A program made the position numbers and the translations under genes. A model generated the notes under the pieces. It did no database searches, was not told where the DNA came from, and saw nothing but the letters and a program-made list of their open reading frames with translations. DNA of 64,000 nt from Waddliaceae bacterium (GTDB taxonomy: Bacteria > Chlamydiota > Chlamydiia > Chlamydiales > SLFE01). The stretch covers positions 1,504,001 through 1,568,000 of the forward strand of contig CAVYRW010000004.1 of the NCBI GenBank assembly GCA_963771045.1, written 5' to 3'. Of the stretch, positions 28,689 to 36,993 are shown piece after piece; within the stretch, counting starts at the first letter, position 1, and each line of letters opens with the position of its first letter.

Positions 28689-30629
28689 TCAGAGATCCGC
28701 AAGAAAAATCATGATATCGGAAACTTCCCGGATCATCTGGCATGTGGACCGGCCATCGCGATGACCGGTGTCTCGATAAACGCGGAGAAGAATCGGCTTT
28801 TCCGAAGCCTGCGCCTGCTGAAGAGCTGCTGCAAATTTGTAGCTGTGCAGTGGAACGACGCAATCGTCATGATCGCTTGTCGTGATTAAAGTTGCCGGGT
28901 AGGACGTCCCTTTTCTGACATTGTGCAAAGGAGAATAAGAGAAAAGATTAGCGCGGTCTTCGGGATTGTCCGGATCACCATACTCGCTTTTCCAGCACCA
29001 GCCGATCGTGTACCGATGAAACTTGAGCATATCCAGCACTCCGACTTGCGGGATAGCAGCGCCGAATAAATCGGGCCTCTGCAACATAGCCGCTCCAACA
29101 AGAAGTCCCCCGTTGCTTCTGCCGTTGATCGTCAGTTTTTTCGAAGATGTATAGCCCTTCTCTACAAGCCATTCGGCAGCGGAGATAAAGTCGTCAAAAA
29201 CATTTTGCTTGTTCTTTCCCCTGCCGGCATCATGCCACTCGGGACCATATTCCCCGCCGCCGCGCAAGTTGGCCGAAATGTAAATTCCCCCGCTGTCAAG
29301 CCAGGAGAGGGCCAGCAAGGAAAAACAGGGCGTTAAAGGGAGATTAAAACCTCCATAGCCATAGAGCAGAGCAGGGGTGCTTTTATCAATTTTGCTCCCC
29401 TTTTTCCGGATTATGAACATTGGCAAGATGGCTCCGTCTTTGCTTTCGAAAAAGACCTGCTCGGCCGCATAATCAGAGGGATTCCAGCAAATTGAAGGGC
29501 GAAACACACAGCTTGTTTTACCCTCCATCTTGTGCTGAAAAATGGTTGACGGATTGACAAAGTCAGTATAACTAAAATAGAGGTTCGATCCACCGCTTGA
29601 TAACTCAACGCTTCCCATTCCGGGAAGCTCGATATTGTAGAGAAACTCCCCTTCGAGACTAAAAACTTTTAACTCGGAGACAGCATGTTTCATGTAATTG
29701 CAGACCAGACAATTCCCGACAACAGCCGCATCGGCAAGATTATCATCCACCGGCGGGATAATCACCTTTGATTCGGCAGGATTTAGAGGATTGATTTGTA
29801 TGAGAGCCCGTTTATTTTCAATAACAAAAATGAGCCCTTCCCTTTCATCGACAAATTGATAGGAAGCTCGGCGGGAAGGGGCCGCCTCCATTTGCTGCCC
29901 GCTTTTTAAATTCAAGAGAAGGAGCCCATTTTCTCTTTCCAGCAACTCCCGAATGATCAGAAGCAGGTAATCACCTTCCAAAATGACCTTCGGTTCAAAT
30001 AGCAGTTGATTTTCGACCTCCGGAACAAAGAGGCATGAATCCTCGTTTTGCGGAGTGCCAAGGCGATGGTAAAAGACCCCTTGTTTTGTTTCAGAAATGA
30101 ACTTGAGGTAATAAACACCGCGGCTATCCATTGACCATTGAGGAGCATTAAACTTAATTCCCGTCAAGACATCGGGAAGAGTCTTCCCCGATTCCAAGTC
30201 GATAAAATGCCAGTTCTGCAAATCGCTCCCACCATAGGATAAACCATAGGCTGCCTTGGTCCCTTCTTTGTCAACCTCGAATGCAGACAAGGATATCGTT
30301 CCCTCGTCCGATAAAGCATTGGGATCCACAAGTACGGTTTGGCCATATTTTAAAACGGCCTGTTTTTTCCCTGGGCCAAGATATGTATAAAATAGATGGC
30401 TTTCTCTCTCAATGGGAAGAGTCGTCTCATCATAAGCCGCCAGCTCCCCGACGCGGTTTTCAATTGCCTCCCGAGATTTATGATTGAACAAATAGCGGTC
30501 GGTCTTCTCATTCTGTTCTTCCGTCCATTCTAAAACTGCCGGAGAATCCATCTCCTCCAGCCAGGCGTAGGGATCCTGCTCCGCAGCTAAGCGGAAAACA
30601 AACAAAATTACCAAAAAAGTTTTATTCAT
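28689..30629 (-). CDS. Prolyl oligopeptidase (S9A) with signal peptide
   Basis: DPYAWLE, LLYGYGGF, NLRGGGEYG.EWH, GRSNGGLL (catalytic Ser), DDCVVP and DTGH motifs. Confidence 0.95.
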   Translation of the reverse strand: MNKTFLVILFVFRLAAEQDPYAWLEEMDSPAVLEWTEEQNEKTDRYLFNHKSREAIENRVGELAAYDETTLPIERESHLFYTYLGPGKKQAVLKYGQTVLVDPNALSDEGTISLSAFEVDKEGTKAAYGLSYGGSDLQNWHFIDLESGKTLPDVLTGIKFNAPQWSMDSRGVYYLKFISETKQGVFYHRLGTPQNEDSCLFVPEVENQLLFEPKVILEGDYLLLIIRELLERENGLLLLNLKSGQQMEAAPSRRASYQFVDEREGLIFVIENKRALIQINPLNPAESKVIIPPVDDNLADAAVVGNCLVCNYMKHAVSELKVFSLEGEFLYNIELPGMGSVELSSGGSNLYFSYTDFVNPSTIFQHKMEGKTSCVFRPSICWNPSDYAAEQVFFESKDGAILPMFIIRKKGSKIDKSTPALLYGYGGFNLPLTPCFSLLALSWLDSGGIYISANLRGGGEYGPEWHDAGRGKNKQNVFDDFISAAEWLVEKGYTSSKKLTINGRSNGGLLVGAAMLQRPDLFGAAIPQVGVLDMLKFHRYTIGWCWKSEYGDPDNPEDRANLFSYSPLHNVRKGTSYPATLITTSDHDDCVVPLHSYKFAAALQQAQASEKPILLRVYRDTGHRDGRSTCQMIREVSDIMIFLADL

Positions 30630-31827
30630 TAAAAATGTTATAATCCTTCAAATAAATAGGATCAACCAGAAAACGCTTCCAGTACAATCTCGAAATAAAG
30701 GGAATATTCATAAATTTGCTGGCTTGATTTCTCAACCATATTTTAAACGAGGAAGGAGGAACGAAAGATTGCACAAACGAATCTGCGGTCTTTTGTTTTT
30801 TCTCGACAAAGTCCATAAAAAAATTTTCAAAATTTTTGAAGCCCTCAATATAATTCCCCTCTGCCCGGTACAGCTCTCCTGCCAGAATATAGGCGCCGGC
30901 CATAGCCAAAGCCGCCCCCTGGCCTGAAAGCAAAGACGGGCAAAAGGCCGCATCGCCCAATAAGGCGACCCTTCCTTTCGACCAGGAATTCATCGTAATC
31001 TGACTGACCGAGTCGAAGTAGAAATCCGTTGCAGAATCAAGCCGCTCCAGAAACCCTTCCGTTTCCCACTTTTCTCCTCTGAAATTTTCAATAACAACCT
31101 GTTTTTGATAGTCGATGTCATCAAAATGACAATCCAATTTTTGCGCTCTTTTAAAAATAAAAAAAACCGCAATCTTATTCTCTCTAAGGGAATAGACGGC
31201 CGCCTGCTTATCAGGGATAGAGTACATTGAATAGTTGGATTTAATTTTGTCTCCCAGAAAATTATCCGTAGTGAAAGAAGCGACGTAATAGCCAAGATAG
31301 CGTTCATAATCGGAAAGGGGCCCGAAAGCCAGCGACCTGACTTTCGAGTGCAGGCCGTCAGCGCCTATGACCAGATCAAATGTTTGATCTCCACTGTTTT
31401 TAAAGGAAACGGCAACACCCTCGGCACTTTGCACAAGCGAGGTGATCTCATCACCGAAGATATAATCAACCCGATTCTTCGTTTCATCGTAGAGTACTTT
31501 TGACAAATCGCTTCTCAAAAAGCTAATGAGCCTCCGGTCGATGACATCGAGAGCCTGTTTAATAAGTATTTTCCCTTTGACTTCGCCTTGGCCTCCAAGA
31601 AAAACTAGCTCTTCAATTGAATAGCTCAGGGATTTGAGCTTGTCTAAAATACCCATTTTCTCGGCGGCATCATACCCTGCGCCCCAAAAATCGATGACAT
31701 ATCCCCCTTCCCTGATCTTTGGAAACCGCTCGACAACTGTCGGATTAAACCCATAGCGGCAAAGCCAATAAGCCAGCGCCGAGCCTGCAATCCCCGCACC
31801 CGAAATGAGAATATTCTTGTTTTTCAT
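30622..31827 (-). CDS. FAD-dependent monooxygenase/oxidoreductase (FAD_binding_3 family)
   Basis: ISGAGIAG, DLVIGADGLHSKVR and GRVALLGDAAFCPS..GQG motifs. Confidence 0.92.
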   Translation of the reverse strand: MKNKNILISGAGIAGSALAYWLCRYGFNPTVVERFPKIREGGYVIDFWGAGYDAAEKMGILDKLKSLSYSIEELVFLGGQGEVKGKILIKQALDVIDRRLISFLRSDLSKVLYDETKNRVDYIFGDEITSLVQSAEGVAVSFKNSGDQTFDLVIGADGLHSKVRSLAFGPLSDYERYLGYYVASFTTDNFLGDKIKSNYSMYSIPDKQAAVYSLRENKIAVFFIFKRAQKLDCHFDDIDYQKQVVIENFRGEKWETEGFLERLDSATDFYFDSVSQITMNSWSKGRVALLGDAAFCPSLLSGQGAALAMAGAYILAGELYRAEGNYIEGFKNFENFFMDFVEKKQKTADSFVQSFVPPSSFKIWLRNQASKFMNIPFISRLYWKRFLVDPIYLKDYNIFNE

Positions 31828-31899
31828 GAAGCCTTAGCTCCTTTTAACGCCAGCCCCCACAGCATAACAAAAATTTAAAATAAGAATCCGTATAACACA

Positions 31900-32422
31900 A
31901 GGCATAATGCCTCCATAGTCAGTCAAAGTTATCAGCAGATTTATGCTTTTTGCAACGCACTCCTTTTTTACGATTTCCTGTTCAATACGACTAAAGGAAT
32001 GGATATTTTCGTTATTGCCAGGGCAGCACTACGGCCGCTGGCGTGTAGTGAACGGGATCTCTTTGAGGCTCAGCGCGATAATAATACCGATGGCAAGTAT
32101 AGGGACAAAGAGCAGAAAGATCGATGGCAACACGATGCCGACTTTAATTCCAAGAATCCTTTCAGAGATGAATGTTTCTCGCTTTGAGATCCCAAGAACC
32201 GCACCTTCCAATAAACGGTGCGAGAATAGACGAAATTATTTTCTCTGCTCCACTGAGCTAAAGACTTACCGCTAGCCTGCCAATCTTGGATTCTATCTTT
32301 CCAAACCAAAGCTGTATCCGATAGTTCATTGTGCATATCTTTCCTCCTCTTCTTTATCGAGTTTTGAGGAAAGAATAACCGGAAGGAAAATCAGAAAGAA
32401 GATGGGTTTAATTGACGCTTAC
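31900..32422 (-). mobile_element. Degenerate three-gene-type IS66 remnant (left end plus tnpA-like ORF at 32070-32336)
   Basis: Minus-strand end GTAAGCGtcaattaaaccc at 32422. ORF WKDRIQDWQASGKSLAQWSRENN...YW resembles IS66 TnpA. Far boundary approximate. Confidence 0.7.
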
Positions 32423-32836
32423 CACTTAGTCGACTATCCCGGACTTAAGCAGATCGCTTGTATCCGAAAACGCATATATAAGAATGGGTGTCTTGTATTG
32501 GAAGAGGTAAGATATCACGCTACTTCAGCGAGCAAAAGAAAGCTTTCTCCAAAAAAGTTCCTTCTTAGTATTCGAGCGCATTGGGGGATTGAGAATACAC
32601 TGCACCATGTAAAAGATCGAAGTTGGAGCGAAGACAAGATGTATAGCAAGATTTCTGAACAGGGATGGATTCTTGGGAAACTGAGAAATCAGGCTCTGAA
32701 TATAGTAAGAACACTGGCAAAGAAACTAAACTGGAAGGAAGGGAGCATGCCGAAATGGAACGCTCAGCTGCTGAGCAGACCTAAGCACACATTAGCCCTG
32801 ATGGAAAGGCTGTAAGATGACTTTGCAGGTATCCTG
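32423..32836 (+). pseudogene. 3' fragment of an ISAs1-family transposase with probable right end
   Basis: RYHATS, IRAHWGIENTLHHVKDRSWSED and LRNQALN motifs. 5' part cut off by the IS66 end. Terminal ...gcaggtatcctg. Confidence 0.75.
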
Positions 32837-32900
32837 CCCTAATGAGGGTGCCATACTGTTTCAGTTGTGTTGGTTTATTCATTTCTTCCATATATTTTAC

Positions 32901-34190
32901 CAGGGCTTTTTGATTAAAATTCCTTGATAGTAATTAGATTTTCATTTGTCATTCATATCTTAACTAAACTTTGGAGAAAGATATGTGTGCAAGAGGAATC
33001 AAAATGAACCTTATGAAGAAGAATCTAAATCAATTGATATTGAATAATTTAAGGACCAACTAGAGAGCGTTGCCAGTTCTACCCAAGATCCAAGATGTAA
33101 AGACAATTTAAAACATAATCTTTTTACTCTACTCGCCATAATTTTTTGTGCTGTCATAGCAGATGCTAATAGTATCAGTGCTATCCATCAATATACTGTT
33201 TCCAAAAAAAAGTGGTTGATGACGTGGCTTGATTTTGACGAAGCGCCTTCCTATAATACATTCTGGTGGCTTCTTGTTCGCCTCGATCCAAAAGAAACTG
33301 AAATGTTTTTCCGAAAATGGACATCCTCTCTTTCAAAAAATGAAATTGATGACTTTATTGCGATTGACGGCAAGCGTGTAAGAGGTGCCTCTAATAAAAA
33401 AAAGACACCTAAATCTCTTCTGCACATGGTTTCTGCTTGGTCTTCACATAGAGGCCTTATTCTAGGACAAATAAAAACGGACGTAAAATCAAATGAGATA
33501 ACAGCAATTCCGAAACTTCTTGAAAGCATTGATCTAAAAGGTGCGACAGTCTCAATTGATGCTATGGGTTGCCAAAAGGAAATTGCAAAAAAAATCATAG
33601 ATCAAGGTGCGGACTATGTTCTTATGGTAAAGGATAATCAACACAAATTATATGAAGAACTCAAAAATTATTTTAAGCAGGCAAGAGACATTGAATTTGA
33701 AGGCGTTCCTCATGATTTTTCTGTTTCAGAAGATAATAAACACGGCAGACAAGAACGACGGGAAGTATATGTAACAGGTGATGTTGATTGGCTGCCGATG
33801 AAGGAAGAGTGGTCGGGTTTAAGAAGTCTTTCGATGTTGATAAGCTATCGGACACTTGATGGGAGGACGACCGAAGAAATTAGATATTATATATCCTCAC
33901 ATTCAGCTGCAGCTGAGAAAATATCCAAATCAACTCGAGGTCATTGGGGCATTGAAAATCAAGTCCATTGGGTTTTGGATGTTACATTTCAGGAAGATGC
34001 TTCACAGATATCAACAGGCTATGCAGCAGAAAACTTCTCTATCTTAAGAAGATTAAGCTTGAATGTATTAAGACTTGATCCAGATAAGAAAAGCCTAAAA
34101 GGAAAGCGTCAAAGTGCAGGATGGAATAATCAGTACATGGAGTATTTATAGGATTGGCGGCTATCAAGAAATTTTAATCAAAAAGCCCTG
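32901..34190 (+). mobile_element. ISAs1-family IS (different member), complete ends
   Basis: TIRs cagggctttttgattaaaatt.cttgatag. 10-bp TSD tatattttac at 32891-32900 and 34191-34200. Confidence 0.93.
32983..34177 (+). pseudogene. ISAs1 transposase, inactivated
   Basis: Frameshift after ATG 32983, in-frame TAA at about 33044, and a frameshift near the 3' end. Core motifs IAIDGK, KSNEITAIP and GHWGIENQVHW present. Confidence 0.85.
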
Positions 34191-34333
34191 TATATTTTAC
34201 CTAAATTATTAGGCATATATCAAATATTTATTAAAATTCAATAAATAAAAATTAAAGAAGTAATAAAATTTATTGGTATTAATTAATAATTTTTGTTAAA
34301 ATAAGTCATTCTTAAACCAAGGATGGTGCAAAA

Positions 34334-36211
34334 ATGGCAAGCTTAACAAGCTGTTTGGATAGCATAGAAAATACTCCTCTAATGTCAACCTTCTCCCAAT
34401 CGGTAAAATCAGAGGATAAGATTGAAGTCTCCCAACGCATTTTAGAGGTATTGACTTCAGGATCTCTTTCCAAGAACAAGAAACAGATTGTTCAGGATTT
34501 TACTCAAATCACTCCAGAAGAGCTAAAAGGTGTGTTGAGTTCCTATTTCGAAGATGCTACTTCTAAAGTCGATGGTGAAGATCCAATAAAGTTGGTGGAG
34601 AAATTAGCAGAGTTGATCCCTTTTGAAAAATTGGAGGAGGCGGTTTTCTCCGATCAGAAGTCAGCCTTGACTAAAGCCAAAAATTTGCTACATCAGGCTA
34701 AGTATCATTTAGAAAATTGCAAATCGAAAGCATCTCCCTCTTTGAAGGCGAAGTTATCAGATATCATTGACACCCTTGTAACATTCATTGAAAGTGTTTT
34801 ATCTGCATTTGGTGTTGCTGACTTTTTTAAGCCCGCATCAACTCAACTGCAACGTGAGTTTAAATTTCAAAAAATCATGATGCTTGTGAGCTTTTTCAGT
34901 ATGTTAACCACTATGCTTCTCCCTCTGCTTGGTGTAACAGTAGCAGGACCAATTATTGGTGGATCTCTTCTCTTGATCGGAGTCTTAAGTGTCATTTGGC
35001 CAAAGATCGCTCCCATCCCCTCTCATCTTCCTTGTGGTGCTGATAATTGGACGAAAAAGTGCAACCAAGGTGAGTTTAATAGTCTATCTTTTTCGAAGGG
35101 AAGAAAAGATATTCTGGATGAAATGGCAAATACCCTCATCAATAGCAAGAATGGACAACTCAAGAAACATCCCCTATTGAGAGGAGAGTCTAGGGTTGGA
35201 AAGAATGAAACGGCAAAGGCATTTGTTCAAGCGCTTGAAAGAGGTGATTATCCTGAATTAAAGGGTAAGAAAGTTTTCTACTTGAATGCAGCAAGTTTAT
35301 GTCAAAAGGGCGACTTTCTTGAAGGGAAGGGCGCTTTGACACAAATTAGCGAAGCAATCGGTCGACACAAGGAAAATATTATTTTAGTGATTGATGAAAT
35401 CCAAACCCCTTTCTTGGATAAAAAGAATGCGATCATCAGTCAAAAATTAAAGAGCATGTTGGATGCTGATGGTGCTTTCCCCTATGTCATTGGAATTACA
35501 ACCTCAAAAGAACTCTCGGAGAAAATTAGTGACGATGTTGCATTCGTGAACCGCTTCAATCCTATTACCATTGAGAGTACAGGTCCTGAGGTTACTCAGG
35601 AAATTTTAGCTCATTCGGTTTTGACAAAAGAAAAATCTGTCCTATGTGAAAAAGATGCCCTGAAAATGATTTACCAAAAAACGGATGGAAAACCTCAACC
35701 CTACTCTTCGGATCTTGTTCTTGGAAAATGCATTGAACTGACTTCGAAAAAGCAGCAGTCTCCACTTGCAAAGAAGATACAAGAGCTAAAAAATACAAGA
35801 GAGTTTATATCTTCTCAAGGAGTGTTGTCACCTCTAATCCTTGATGATGAGGATGGGGCTACTTCAGAAATTGAGCAACTAGAAGAACAAATCAGAGATC
35901 TTGAAGAGGAATTGGCAAAAAAAACAAAGGTTTTTGATCATCTTTTCCAAAAGAAGGAAAAGATCTCTCAGGTAAAAGCCAAAACTTATCGTACCGTAAT
36001 GAAGGTCGCTGACGTGCAGGCTTCTTCTATGTCGAAAAAAGATAAAGTTCAGCTTAATACCTTTATGCTGATGAGTCGTTTCTTAGTCCCAACTCTGGAT
36101 AAGTATGTACGTACCCAAGCAAAAGAACTTGGGGTGAAGGTTGTGATTGATGAATCAGTTATCGATGAGGCGATTAAAGCACTTAATGTAGATGCTGAAG
36201 AGGTACAATAA
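34334..36211 (+). CDS. Membrane-anchored AAA+ protein (ClpA/B NBD1-like domain)
   Basis: Hydrophobic hairpin at about aa 180-225, KKHPLLRGESRVGKNE (atypical Walker A), IILVIDEIQ (Walker B), VIGITT, RF and a C-terminal coiled coil. Confidence 0.8.
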   Translation: MASLTSCLDSIENTPLMSTFSQSVKSEDKIEVSQRILEVLTSGSLSKNKKQIVQDFTQITPEELKGVLSSYFEDATSKVDGEDPIKLVEKLAELIPFEKLEEAVFSDQKSALTKAKNLLHQAKYHLENCKSKASPSLKAKLSDIIDTLVTFIESVLSAFGVADFFKPASTQLQREFKFQKIMMLVSFFSMLTTMLLPLLGVTVAGPIIGGSLLLIGVLSVIWPKIAPIPSHLPCGADNWTKKCNQGEFNSLSFSKGRKDILDEMANTLINSKNGQLKKHPLLRGESRVGKNETAKAFVQALERGDYPELKGKKVFYLNAASLCQKGDFLEGKGALTQISEAIGRHKENIILVIDEIQTPFLDKKNAIISQKLKSMLDADGAFPYVIGITTSKELSEKISDDVAFVNRFNPITIESTGPEVTQEILAHSVLTKEKSVLCEKDALKMIYQKTDGKPQPYSSDLVLGKCIELTSKKQQSPLAKKIQELKNTREFISSQGVLSPLILDDEDGATSEIEQLEEQIRDLEEELAKKTKVFDHLFQKKEKISQVKAKTYRTVMKVADVQASSMSKKDKVQLNTFMLMSRFLVPTLDKYVRTQAKELGVKVVIDESVIDEAIKALNVDAEEVQ

Positions 36212-36288
36212 GGAGAATTTCAATGAACCTAGTACAATGTGTAAAAAGTTCTTTAAATAATTGTTAATTTTCAATTACAGGGTAAAGC

Positions 36289-36700
36289 TTACGGAGTTTG
36301 GTGCGCGCGTTTTCTGTTGTGAATTGCCAACGACATTTCACTGAAGTACGTGAGCGATCCGAATAGTCCCAATCCGACGGTGATGCCAAGAAGCATGCAG
36401 GTTACGAGCGTGCGGTTGCGAAAAAACTCCATGGGAAAGATCGGGTCGTGCGCGCGGCGCTCCGCCCATACGAAGAGTGAGAGCGATGCGATCATTGCCG
36501 CACCGAGTCCCCATATTATGGCTGAATTTCACGGATATGCACTGCCGCCCCACGTGATGAAGAGGACAAGACAGGTCATCGCGATAGCAAGCGTGCTTGC
36601 ACCGAGATAATCGATCTTGTGCGTACCGTCCGGAGCGGGAGGAAGTTTCAAGTAGCGCCATGCGGCATAGATTGCAAAAGCGCCGATCGGTATATTGAAT
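36289..36700 (-). pseudogene. Internal fragment of a DHA2 (EmrB/QacA-like) MFS efflux transporter
   Basis: NIPIGAFA...KIDYLGA...TWGGSAYP*, then ..ERRAHDPIFPMEFFRNR... Contains a stop. Visibly GC-richer than its flanks. Confidence 0.75.
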
Positions 36701-36743
36701 AAATTCGCGGAAATTTTCAATTTATTATTTGATTTTTAAACTT

Positions 36744-36776
36744 TTAACCCGAGATTAGGTCACAATCACGGGTTTA
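36744..36776. repeat. Short copy of a dispersed MITE-like repeat (see 60844-60910)
   Basis: agattaggtcacaatcacgggtt matches agattaggtcacaatcatgggtt at 60886-60908. Bounded by aacccg/cgggtt. Confidence 0.6.
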
Positions 36777-36845
36777 AAAACACGCCAAGCGGTCCATCTC
36801 ACCTATTAATAGAATCTTAACATTAGCATGCTATAAGTTTTGTAT

Positions 36846-36963
36846 AGATTGAGAGGAAAGTAGAATTCTCTACAATCTTGGGCCTTGCCAAAAGGACGCA
36901 GCAATAGCAGGTAAAAACAGCGGCTACCTCAACTTTTTAAGAAGCTGCGTCTACTTATCCTCT
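36846..36963 (+). ncRNA. Candidate structured 5' leader RNA
   Basis: Pairings agaggaaagtaga/tctacttatcctct, gacgcagc/gctgcgtc and aggta/tacct, plus an alternative stem agattgagag/ctctacaatct. Confidence 0.35.
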
Positions 36964-36993
36964 ATTAAAAAATAAAATTTAAAAAATAGGTTA

